DNA of 63,563 nt, the filler included, from Kipferlia bialata (taxonomy: Eukaryota), in assembly GCA_003568945.1 (NCBI GenBank). It is 7 parts of 7 records of this genome, joined end to end, with 100 filler letters (N's around TTAATTAATTAA, not from the genome) between each part and the next. Parts side by side here need not be neighbours in the genome. Positions count along the whole stretch, not along the records: positions 41,219 to 51,403 come from BDIP01001477.1; positions 51,504 to 61,683 come from BDIP01001478.1; 5 more parts are not named here. One strand, given 5' to 3'. Both the position numbers and the translations under genes were made by a program. Shown here piece by piece: positions 41,426 to 53,854 of this stretch (position 1 is the stretch's first letter; each line of letters begins with the position of its first letter). The notes under the pieces were generated by a model that did not search any database, was not told where the DNA came from, and saw only the letters and a program-made list of their open reading frames with translations.

Positions 41426-41701
41426 CCTAATCTTCATACTCTCCATATCCTGCTCGATTCTGGGCATTTCGCCATCCAGAAACTTGTTGACACCGGTGGT
41501 TGAGAATATGAACGATATCCCATGCCAGGCTGGGCATAAGTGATAATCGGTGTGAAAACTGTGCCAATGCGAGATAGCAATAATCACTCCCAAGGCTAGA
41601 GTACAAGGTTCGGCACCTGGATCGGCGTTACCAGGGCACTCGGCGCAATATACACCTGCTAGACAGGCGCATATCAGTGCCAGGACTAGTGTACGGGGCA
41701 T
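41426..41701 (-). CDS. 5' end of a second probable BPI/LBP-like secreted protein (truncated by scaffold end)
   Basis: Signal peptide MPRTLVLALICACLAGVYC; after one intron WHGISFIFSTTGVNKFLDGEMPRIEQDMESMKI|GT, resembling the BPI N-terminus (PGxxxRITQKGLDY...ELxxIxIP). Confidence 0.55.
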
Positions 41702-42085
41702 CTGTACAAGAATGAGGGACGATTGGCAATCAAGTCAGGGGATACTTTTGTTGCCATTATGGCTTGTTACAGTGCACTTATTAGCTAATAGGAATGCCCA
41801 CGACAAGTGTATAGAATCTATTGACAGTCTTAGATTACCCTGTATACAGTGTACAGTATACTGTGTCTACTCCACTGTGAGACGTGTATACAAATACTAT
41901 GAATTAGTGATCTATTGACACAGGCTTAGACTACAGCGTATGTAGTGCACACCCTACTAGTGCACCCTCTACTCCACTGTGAGGCATGCCCCCGACCCAC
42001 CACCATACCACTGATACATGTGTTACCAATCTATTGCACATAGTCTTAGCCGACACGCAGTGCACTGTATACACTTGCACATAGT

Positions 42086-43042
42086 CTACTCCACTGTGAG
42101 GCATGCCCCTGACCCTCCCAGCTTGGACCTGGCCTTGGCCTCGGACTGGGCAGTGTGGCGGATGGAGTCGCTGGGGGTGAGGGTATGTGGTATATATACT
42201 ATATAGGTGTATATATATATATATGATGGGCAGTGTGGCGGATGGAGTCACTGGGGTGAGAGAATATACATTAATAATAGTATCCATACAATAATAGTAA
42301 CATCTGATACCACTGTATTTATGCAAGTATACAATATGGGCAGTGTGTCTGATGGAGTCGCTGGGTCAGAAGGGTGTGTTAATATATATATATATATACA
42401 TATATAGATATATATATCGATGTATACATATATATATATATATATACAAAATGGGCAGTGTGCCGGATGGAGTCACTGGAGTAAGGGTATGTGGTATATA
42501 CAGTATACAGTATATATATTATATACACAAATATACAATACCTAGTGCCACTCCTGCTCTTCTGCTCCATGGTCATGATGAATATATAGCATGGAGTATA
42601 AAGAGTATAATAGTGTATATTAATAATAGTATACATAGTATATATCAGAGAACAGTACCTTGTGCCGCTCCTCCTCTTCTGCTCCATGGTCATGATGTAC
42701 ATATGAATATTGAATAAATAGTATATATATACACATTGATGTATATACCTAGTGCCGCTCCTCCTCTTCTGCTCCATGGTCATGATGTACACATATATAT
42801 AGCCAAAACAGTATATAGATACACTAATACCATACCTAGTGCCGCTCCTCCTCTTCTGCTCCATAGTCATGAGGTACACATATACTATATATATACTATA
42901 TACACATATATATTATACCTTGTGCCGCTCCTCCTCTTCTGCTCCATGGTCATGATGTACATCTAATAGGTATATACAGTACACCATATACACATTGATG
43001 TATATACCTAGTGCTCCATGGCCATGATGTTCATATGCCATA

Positions 43043-43077
<35 letters not shown>

Positions 43078-44269
43078 CTAATGCCACACCTTGTGCCGCT
43101 CCTCCTCTTCTGCTCCATGGTCATGATGTGTCTCTTCATGGCCACCTCCTGTCTCTTGGGGCCTCCGTGCTGGTTGTGGAACACCCTGGGTGGTAAGAAG
43201 ACGCACAAACATATATATATTTACATACACAGATCTAACGTATACATCTGGTTACGCCATCATATACCCGACATGTGCTTGTAATCCTCCTTGGTATACG
43301 TATATATATACGTATATAGTTACTATCATATACCTAGACATGTGCTTGTACTCCTCCCTGATATATATACATATATATATACACATATATACACTAATAT
43401 ATATACGTATGTATACATATACATCACATACCTAGACATGTGCTTGTACTCCTCCTTGATAAATATACATATATATATATATATCCTTGATATACATATA
43501 CATATACACAAATACACATATACCCACCTAGACATGTGCTTGTACTCCTCCTTGGTGGACCTGAGCTGTCCGAAGGAGTCTCTGTACTCAAGAGAGAAGG
43601 GGGTCAGCTTGACAGCGGCCTCAAGCTCCTGGGGTGGGTATGCACTGTATATCACAACCAATACTCGAAGTATACTGACCACTATATATACATACTATAC
43701 ATACCCTTCCCATCTCCTTGCCCCTGGACCCCTTGGACACCACCCTCACAGTATACACATATACTATACATACACACTATTCTATAAGTATACATACTAA
43801 ATGTATACTACATACCCGTCCCATCTCCTTGCCCCTGGACCCCTTGGACACCCCCCTCCCGCCTGGCATTCTGACCCTGGCCTCAGAGGCCTGGCGCTTG
43901 GCAGTGGCCTCCTCACGCTTGGCCTTGTCCTAGGGGTGAGAGGAGGATATATATATATAAGTATATATATATATATATATATACGAGGCCTCCTCGCGCT
44001 TGGCCTTGTCCTAGGGGTTAGTAACTATATACTATACTGTATATACTGATAAATATAAATTATGAAGAGAAATATGATAAGTCTTGGCCTCCTCACGCTT
44101 GGCCTTGTCCTGGGTGTACACGCATACACATATATACACATAAAGTGTATTCTTGATATACACATATATACTCAATGTACCTCCTCTGTCTGCTGGTTGG
44201 GGTCTGTGTACAGTGCCAGAGAGGCCTCGTCCCTGAGGGCATCCATGTCTCCTGGGAGTCAGATATATA

Positions 44270-44316
<47 letters not shown>

Positions 44317-46409
44317 GTATACATATAAATATATACTCATGGATGTGTATTACATAGAGTTTATACAGTATATATATGTATCCTCAGGGTATCCATGGCA
44401 CCTGGGTGAGCGGTAAGTATATATATATATGAATACAGGAATATATATACACGCTTGAATGTATAGTATATAGAGTATATACAGCCAGGGCTATGTACTT
44501 GACTTGTTGAACATCCTGAGTATATACATATAATTATATACACTGTCCCAACGTGTCTATTTGAAGAGCGTATATACACATACTAATATCCATAGATAGT
44601 GAGGGCTATTTACCTGACTTGTTGAACATCCTGAGTNNNNNNNNNNNNNNNNNNNNNNNNNTATTTACCTGACTTGTTGAACATCCTGAGTGCGTCAAAG
44701 ACTGATATGGATGCATTGCCAGAGTCAGCGGAGGACACAGCCTCCATGACCTCGGGCTCGGCATGGGTGGAGGCCTAGCGTTATACATATATATAGAGAG
44801 AGAGAGGGGGAGAGAGAGACATCCATGACCTCGGGCTCGGCATGGGTGGAGGCCTTGGGGGTAAGGGAGAGAGAGAAAGAGAGTATGGTACCTTGCCGAT
44901 GTTCTCTGCTGCAAATGCGGCGTTGGCTGCCTCAGAGGCAGCGTCATCCCTGGGAGTGAGTAAATATATATATATCAGCGTATGTGTGTATATACAGTGC
45001 ATTCATCAATATACCGGGTTGGGAGGCTACTCCGTAATTCATGTGGTAAAGGAGGAAGATAATAGTATTAATACAAAAAACAAAGCTACGTACTTCTCTG
45101 CTGTGATTCCCATCTGTCTCCTGGGCCGCCTCTTGAGGGCAGGGCCAGAGGGGACCTGGGGTTAGCAATATATAATATATCACATACATTCATATATTGT
45201 AGGTAAGACATACCTCTCCCCCCTCCTCGAAGGACTGGTGCTTGGTGGCCTGCACAGTGACACTCTGCACATCCTCCTGGGGTCAGGGGGCATATGCATA
45301 CATTATATACATATATACTGCTCTGCAATAAACATGTGTATCACGTTGAATACCTCTGGAGCGTGTGCCGTTGCCATGTTGACAACCATCTTGGAGGCAG
45401 ACTTACGCATGGCGCCCTTCCTAAGGGTGAGAAGTGGATGGGTAACTAGTACAGTAACCAGATAGAAACTCATACTATATACATATATATGAAGTAGTAC
45501 ATATCATACACGTACTTGTCTCCCAGCCTGGATATGAACTCTGACACGCTGTCCAGCACAATACATAAATAAATATATACATATACTATATATATATAAT
45601 GTATATACACTATATATATACAATAAATATTAACACACATATACACATATACTACATATATATACTCACTTGTCTCCCAGCCTTGATATGAACTCTGACA
45701 CGCTGTCCAGCACAATGCCCTCCTCCAGCTGGGGGGCAGGGCCCTGGAATGAGAGGTATATTAATGAGTATATATGTATATATATGTATGCACACTGTCT
45801 AGGACAATGCCCTCCTCCAGCTGGGGGGCAGGGCCCTGGGGTTAGAACGGTATATACATGTATACAACAGCTGTATATACTACAACAAAATCATGACTTG
45901 CAATATATGACAACCTCCTCCAGCCGGGGGGCAGGGCCCTGGGGGGGGGGGGAGAGAGAGAGCATATATGTACGATCCACAATATACACAAACACTACAT
46001 GTACTGCTATAGATGCACCTCTCCCAATACCACTTCCTCCCATGGGCACATCGGCATATATCTCTATATATACTACATGATACTATATGTATACTATATA
46101 CTATACCTGCCCCAGTGCCACCTCCTCCTCATCATCCTGTCCCTCAGGTAAATCGGTNNNNNNNNNNNNNNNNNNNNNNNNNNNNNNNNNNNNNNNNNNN
46201 NNNNNNNNNNNNNNNNNNNNNNNNNNNNNNNNNNNNNNNNNNNNNNNACTACACATATAACCCCACATACCTGCCCCAGTGCCACCTCCTCCTCATCATC
46301 CTCTCCCATGGGCACATCTGCAGCAGAGACACCACTAACCATCTCCCTGGTCTTGGCCTGGACTGCCTTGGCATACATGGCATGGCGCCGCATCTCCTCC
46401 TCCTCAAGC
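42086..46409 (-). CDS. SART1: SART1/Snu66 (U4/U6.U5 tri-snRNP protein), C-terminal half
   Basis: GIVLDSVSEFISRLGD, SVFDALRMFNKS|G and FSLEYRDSFGQLRSTKEEYKHMS|RVFHNQHGGPKRQEVAMKR (exons 43628-43528, 43185-43090) match the conserved SART1 C-terminus (IEYVDETGRKLTPKEAFRQLSHRFHG); stop TAG 42088-42086. Confidence 0.85.
42540..43130 (-). repeat. Six donor-side partial copies of the SART1 exon end (MTMEQKRRSGT|GT)
   Basis: Plus-strand GTGCCGCTCCTCCTCTTCTGCTCCATGGTCATGA recurs at about 80-120 nt spacing; one copy has an internal deletion. Confidence 0.9.
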
Positions 46410-46627
46410 CTAGGAGTGAGGATGATATGAGAGGGAAATAGACAAAGACATAGTGGGGTATATCAGAGTAAGACTCCGCCTAAAGACTGGAAATGAGAGA
46501 GGGAGGGAGATTATAAGATGTATAAGGGGGGGGGGGGGGGGGGGGGGGGAGGGAAAGAGAGAGAGAGACGCGGACACTAGCATACATACATAGTGCACAC
46601 TTCATATCAGTAGGGTAACGAAGGCAC

Positions 46628-49600
46628 CTTATGACGCGCAGGAGTGTCCTGAGTATGTCCCCCTGCATGTCACAGAACGTGTTGTGTGACAGGGCCAGAC
46701 CACTGTCCAGCTGATGGGGCTGGTTAGGGGTGTCTTCCCTCTCTTGGTCATCAGGAGAGGATATCTGGGGTGAGGCAGGGTGAAACAGCCAGTGTGAGTA
46801 GGTATGAGTAAGGAATAGGGAGATGGCATGGCCCACCTGGGACTCGTATGGGAGTGCTCCCATTGCCACCACTGACGACATCTGAGTGCGGGACAGGTCA
46901 CGGGCACCTGCATCAGAGACGGGATAATGCATGGGGGGATGTATATATATATACCATACGTGATCCGAAACGGTACACACACATATATATGTGTGCAGAA
47001 CCCCACCTGAGTGTGTTCTGTTCATGCTACTGGGTCTCAGGGGTTTGGGGGAGGGGCAGGCACAGGCATGGCCTGGCGGTGAGGGAGACATAGGCAAAGA
47101 GAAATAGTGAACTGTGAGATGCACAGTGTACCCGTACCCTCTGCTGCGCCCATTGTCAGACTGAGCCTCCCCTGCCTGGGCTGGGGGTCAGACCCCTCCT
47201 GCAGCATACTCTCTCTCTCCTTCTGCCGCTGGTTCAGGCGGGACTCGGCCTTCTGGGGGTCAGATAAGGGAAAAGAGAGATACTCCTGGGCAACACATAC
47301 ACTATCTGACTCTGTCTCCGTGTAAATAAATGTATGTCCCTACCTTGAGCACTGTGTCTGGTGCCACCCCTGTGACATGCACAAAGGACTGGGCCACAAG
47401 GCGTAGCAGCATGGCCCTGATGAGGGAGCTGGGCTCACAGGACACACCAGTGCCCAGTCTGGGGGTGGGGAGAGAGGGTGGGGGGGGGGGGGTATGTGAT
47501 TGAAAGTGACACAACCAATGGGGTCCAATCACCACTGTTCCCTGTTCCATTACTTCACCTTCCTATATACACACACGTATATATCATACCTCTCTGCGGC
47601 TGGGCCTGCCTCTGGTCCCACAGAAGGCCTAGAGTTGAGGTCGAGGCCCCCTAAGAGGACAGACAGACACCTGGGGGACAGGTAGGCAGACCTGGGGTGG
47701 GGGGGGGGGGTCATGTATATCATCCATTCCACACACATGCATGGGCAGGACTGTGTGCTGGGGATGATATATATAACCATACTCACTGTAACCATACCTG
47801 CCAGGTCTTGCAGCGTACAGCGCCGACGCGCTGAGGTCCATGTCGCCGTATACCACCACCTTGCTGGGTGCTGTGGCCTCTGGGTCTGTATACAGCCTGA
47901 GACAGGAGTCCGAGGGTGGGCACTGCTCGTAGGTCAGGGAGGGGTCTAGGCACACACCCTCGGCCTCATCCTCACCCACAGGCCGCAGGGCCATACGCTT
48001 GGCATCCTCCCTGAGGAGCAAGGCCACAGACCTCTCCCTCTCCCCCTGGTCTGGGATGGACAGGACGTGGGACAGGAGGTCGTGGACCTGGGGGTGAGAG
48101 GGAGGGGGAGATATAGGGGTGGGATAGAGAAAACGGATGGAGGCAATATGTATAGGACATCTGACATGCGGCACCTGGTAGTCTGCAACTGCCCCCCCCT
48201 CCCCCAGCCACACCCTGACACACTCTATCAGGGAGGGGTCGGTGTGGTTGAACTGGAGCAGGTAGCACAGGGTCGAGAGGGTGCGCTCACGGACGAGGGA
48301 GAGAGACCGTAGCAGGGAGGCAGTCTCCCCCTCCCCCTGTGTCTGTGTCTGTGTCTGTGTCTCCAGGGTGGTACAGGCAGAACACATGTCATGGCATATG
48401 TTGAGGACAGCGGTGAGACGGGTCAGGAGGGGTAGGATGCCACTCTGGCACAGAACAGAGGCCCAGGCCTGGGGTGGGGGGGGGGAGAGACAGACGTGGA
48501 CAAGGGAATACTAGCGTTCCCAGCACTACTAGGGAAACAGGTGTGAATATGAATATGAATTTTCATGAAATGATACTCCTAGACACATACCTGCAGCATG
48601 AGGTCGTTGTCGGAGTGTGTGCCCACAAAGGTCACCACCTCCTTCAGCCCAGCCCTACTGGTAAGAAGGGGTATACCTATACAGATGTAATGGGAATGGA
48701 GACAATGTGTCAGATCTGATACACCCTGTACCTGAGCCCCCCCACTATGTCTGTGCACACACACTGGGCATCGGCTGGGGACAGCTCTGTCTCTGCGGCA
48801 GAGAGCAGGGCCTCCTCGGCATCCGAAAGAGACTGGGGTCAGGGGAGAGAGAGAGAGAGATAGAGAGAGGGATAGAGAGATGTGTGCCATACACACCTGT
48901 GCCAGGGAGTCAAATGCTGCCAGCACATCAAAGACTGGCACACAGTCGGCACAGGCAGCGTCACAGTCGGGGACAGACCGGCCTGGGGGTGACTTGGGGG
49001 GAGAGAGACTGAGTTTGATGAGTGATGACTCAGAGGCGTACCTGCCCACAGCTGGTCCACGGCCTGTGCGGAGTATGCCACTGCCAGCTCAGGTCCCCCT
49101 ACTGACACCAGGAAGTGGTCATGGGCCAGAGAGGCAGAGGTACGAGACTCAATCCACCTGCGGACTGAGGCATCCTAGGGTGTGAGTCAGAGAAAGGGAG
49201 AAGATATATACACATACGGACTACTAGGCTCTACCCTCAGCATGACACATATACAAGTCACATTCATACATGATACCTGCACGAGTGGCACAGCATATGC
49301 CAGACAGTCTCTGGTGGCCAGCTGGAGAATGACAGAGCGGAACCTATGGGGTAAGATAGAGAGAGAGAGTGAGAGGGCGATCTACCACTGCTGCGTACCG
49401 TGTGACTGCTGCCCCCCACTGTTGCTCAATGTCCTTCTCAAGGGAGGACACATGGGACACAAAGTGGCGGAGAGAGAGGACCTGGAGTGAGGGACAGAGA
49501 GACAACCTGGGATTCCAAAGCGACTACAACAGGCTATGTCTTCAGTGTAGTACTAGTACCGCCAATAGCATACTTCTCCCCACCTGCTCCAGGCTCCATG

Positions 49601-49690
49601 CACTGGATGCTCTGACCACGTCCCTCAGAGACATCTTGGGGTCGTGTCTGGGGGTCAGAGGGTATAGTTGAGGGGGGGTCAGGTCAATGT

Positions 49691-49724
<34 letters not shown>

Positions 49725-50510
49725 TCTGACCTAGGATCCACAGGGTCAGGCTCTTCATTGTGCATGGCCAGCAGAACCCTAGGGTTAGGAGGGGGGGGGG
49801 GGGTAACAGAGAGAGAAGGTCAGAGTCACACAGTATTACCAATGCAGGTACCGGTATATCACTCTCTGCCAAGTCCCACTGTCCCCACCATATACATATA
49901 CATACCTGTCCCAGTCGTGCTGTCTGATCCAGCCACAGTTCTGGACATCCAGGATATGGAACACCTGGGATGAAAGGAGATCACAAGAAGTACACACACT
50001 GTTGAGCCAGATGGGGGGGACGGGGGGGGGGGGGGGGGGGGGGGCATCTTCCACCCGTCTGCATCCACATTACAAGTATATCCCACTCACCTCTCAAACA
50101 AGGCATCAGAGTCTGCCAGGCAGGTGTTCTTAGTGGTCTCGCATACAGCATCACAGGCCACTCTGTCAGTTTCCTCAGTCATCATGGTCTTGACAAGCTG
50201 GTCAGAAGAGACACCCCGGTCGAAACGGGCATCTCTCAGCGCAGTGCGAGCCACCTTTGGACTCTCCAGGTTGTTTGCATGCACAGTGGCCAGAGCCAGC
50301 GCCTGGGGGTGAGGAAAAGACGCAACAATATGCCATTCCAGTCGACAAGTGCTAAATCATTGAACAAATACCAATAATAACGCTACCCGCACCACACAAC
50401 GTACCAGTAGCACCAAGCAGAGCCCTCGCATACTCATCTAGTGAGTAGCAAGCTGGAAAAGGAGCACTTTGGGTGAGTTTGGTCATTTCAACTCGACTAT
50501 CCGTCAGCAT
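46628..50510 (-). CDS. Large multi-exon protein of unknown function with compact introns
   Basis: ATG 50510 (MLTDSRVEMTKLTQSAPFP); about 18 GT-AG exons including long ones (LLTRLTAVLNICHDMCSAC..., VHDLLSHVLSIPDQ...); last visible exon ends DILRTLLRVI|GT at 46628 without a stop. Confidence 0.65.
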
Positions 50511-50618
50511 CCGAATATTTGCCGACAAGTATCCGCTTTTAGTGTGTAACGACGCTGAGTTGACTCGATGAGAAAGAAGCTCCGACAAGTTGTGTTTCTC
50601 TTAGCAACTGATCCAAAT

Positions 50619-51341
50619 ATGACCCAGCTTGAGCAGACCCCCCAGCTTATCGCCGCCGCCGATGCCATTCAGACCGCCATGAAGGGCCTAGGTACATGTA
50701 TATACCCTATCAGCGTCGTGTAGGGTTATAGCGAATTTCGTCCTTTTCTTTGTCTTCTTTCATCGCGTCACAATTGCAGACCTCGCTTCGGAATACCATC
50801 AATACATACGCAGGCCATATATAGAGAGATATTCACTTTGATGTGTCAGTGCATAATATGCATATTGCTTTGATATGCTTCTGTCTTGCTGTTTCTGTTT
50901 GCCCGTTCTCCGACTCCAGGCACCGACGACCCCGCCCTCATCCGCAGCCTGGCCTCCCACTCCAACGCAGAGCTCCAGGTTAGCATCAGTATTCTATATA
51001 GGGTTTCCCCACTCGTCGCCGTACTCCAAACGAAGTGATGTCTTGACTCAAGACGGTCTTGAAACGGACGAATACTGACAGCTGTTAATATAATAATAGA
51101 CCTATGCACCCCCTCTCTCTGACTCCTAGGTCATCCGTGCCACCTACGAGGCCAAGTATGCCAGGTGCCTGGTGGACGACATCAAGGGCGACACCGGCGG
51201 TGAGTGTGTCTAGGTCTATATGCTTGCTCTTTCTCTCTCTCACACTCTCTCTCTCTCTGTCTCCCTCCCTTTTGCATTCTCATGCCAGGCAACTACGAGT
51301 CTCTCTGCGTCGCTCTTGTCACCGAGAAGCACCGCTACGAG
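50619..51341 (+). CDS. Annexin, first repeat (3' truncated)
   Basis: Exons 50619-50691, 50920-50978, 51130-51199, 51289-51341 give MTQLEQTPQLIAAADAIQTAMKGLGTDDPALIRSLASHSNAELQVIRATYEAKYARCLVDDIKGDTGGNYESLCVALVTEKHRYE; canonical MKGxGTD type II Ca2+ site with acidic cap. Confidence 0.93.
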
Positions 51342-51355
51342 GTACCCACATACAT

Positions 51356-51403
<48 letters not shown>

Positions 51404-51513
51404 NNNNNNNNNNNNNNNNNNNNNNNNNNNNNNNNNNNNNNNNNNNNTTAATTAATTAANNNNNNNNNNNNNNNNNNNNNNNNNNNNNNNNNNNNNNNNN
51501 NNNATACACACAC

Positions 51514-51558
<45 letters not shown>

Positions 51559-51559
<1 letters not shown>

Positions 51560-52320
51560 GTTGCAGAGATCAAGGACCAGATGGCACAGCTGGAGGCACA
51601 GAGAAAGGTATAGAGCGTATTCTATACGGATCTGTACCAAGTATTATATATATATGTGTTTGTGGTTGTGTATTTGCAACCTAGTTGAAACACCACCAGT
51701 CCTCTCTCTCTCCCTCTACCCCCTTATTGTCAGGAAGAGTTGAAGACCATGCAGGAGAGACTCAGCATGTACCACACGGCCACTAGGTCACTGAGGTATA
51801 TATATTAAGAGAGAGAGAGAGACTGACGTGTATAGTATCATAGAAGTATTACTAATATATATATGGCATGTACCACACGGCCACTCGGTCACTGAGGTAT
51901 ATCTTATGTATAGAGAGATTGAATTATACATGTACTAATTGACTATTATTCTACTAATTGAGTGTGTATATAGCATGTACCACACGGCCACTCGGTCACT
52001 GAGGTAGGGTATTGCATATATAGTATATATATCTAATTCCAGTTATTGTTTTAGTGTGTGTTTACACTTACCCCAGGATGCTGATGGACCAGCTGAGACA
52101 GGAACTAGACCTTCTCTCTCTCTCATTATTGTGTTATATACTGTATAGCGCTATTTCTATTCTCTATACTCATCCTAGGATGCTGATGGACCAGCTGAGA
52201 CAGGACCACTCTCCCTCTCTCTCTCTTCATATGCATAACTCTGCTCTTATATATATTACTAGTTCTATGTTACATATCTTACCACATGATGCTGATGGAC
52301 CAGCTGAGACAGGAACCAGA

Positions 52321-52352
<32 letters not shown>

Positions 52353-53818
52353 GTATTCTAATATATAATTGCTTGTGCTATGATACATATCCTTACCCCA
52401 GGATGCTGATGGACCAGCTGAGTGTATACATGAATAGCAAGCAGTCTATACATAATGATTATCCTCCTGATCTATCCTTACCCCAGGATGCTGATGGACC
52501 AGCTGAGACAGGAACCAGACTCTCTCTCTCTCTCTCTCTTCTATATATATCTGTCCTATACTGAATAGTGCTAATCATATGTTAAATATACTAACCATAG
52601 GATGCTGATGGACCAGCTGAGGCAGGAACCAGACTCTCTCTCTATATATAATAATTGCTACTATCTATAATATCCCCTAGGCCTTACTCATTCTAGGATG
52701 CTGATGGACCAGCTGAGACAGGACCAGGCAGTCAAGGTGGTGGAGGACCTGAGATCAAGGTATATGTAGATATATGGATATATATATATGAATATAGTGT
52801 GGATATTTATATATAGTGTGTAGGTATGTGTATTAATATATATGATAGGACCAGGCAGTCAAGGTGGTGGAGGACCTGAGATCGAGGTATGTATATAGAT
52901 ATACATGTATATATATAGAGAGTATATGGTCAGGCTTAAGCACTCCCAGCACCAACTCTCTCTCTCTCTCTCTCTCACTCTCTCTCTCCCCCCCCTACCC
53001 CCTTAATACCAGGCTTGAGCACTCCCAGCACCAGGTGGCAGCTGTCAGCAAAAGGAACGGCGAGCTGGTTAAGGAGGTATCTTTACTGTTGTATATATAC
53101 GTATATATGTATACAGAGTAATGTATCATACTATACAGCCCCCTCACCCCAGGCTGCCGAGATGCAGGCTGGCCATGCCAGTGCCAAGACAGACCTCGAC
53201 AGGGCAAAGCAGGTATATATATATATATATATGTATACACATACATAATCCAGGTGTTCTCTCTGTCTCTCTTCCTCTCTGATATCAGTCTGTCAAGAAC
53301 CTTCGTCAGAAGCTAGACTCTGAGATTGAGTCCCGGCAGTTCTGTCGGTACTGCAGTGCCAAGATCACAACCAAGCTGGATCAGTCAGGTGGGTATAGTA
53401 TATTACTGTACTAATACTCAGTCTATATGTCTATATTAATATATATTAATTTACACCCAAAAGTACTGCAGTGCAAAGTTCATGGACCAGCCAGGTGTGT
53501 ATTAGTGCATAGTATGTTTATGTGAGTATATCTCTCTCTAACCCTCTAGGCAAGAACATGTACAACAAGCTCCTCAGACTGCGGTCAGTCACAATGGCAA
53601 TCACACAGGTATGAGTGTATATACCATATGTGTATTGTATTGTAAGTATAGGCACCGTAGTGTGGCAATGGCAATGGCAATCACACAGGTATGTATACAC
53701 AAATACTGTATGTATATATTGTATCTCTCTATATACATATACATACCCTGACACTCAGTCTGGTGCCGAGTACCCCCATGACAAGACATCTCTCTCTCTC
53801 TTTCTCTCTACACATATG

Positions 53819-53854
<36 letters not shown>

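Noticed and set aside
30927..46400. Numerous short Tyr/Ile- or Ser/Leu-rich ORFs in the track
   Set aside because: Translations of (TA)n and (CT)n intronic microsatellites.
52077..52760. Repeat-spacer arrays resembling CRISPR
   Set aside because: The repeats are pieces of the adjacent exon with a splice site, spacers are low-complexity and variable in length, no cas genes are present and the context is eukaryotic.
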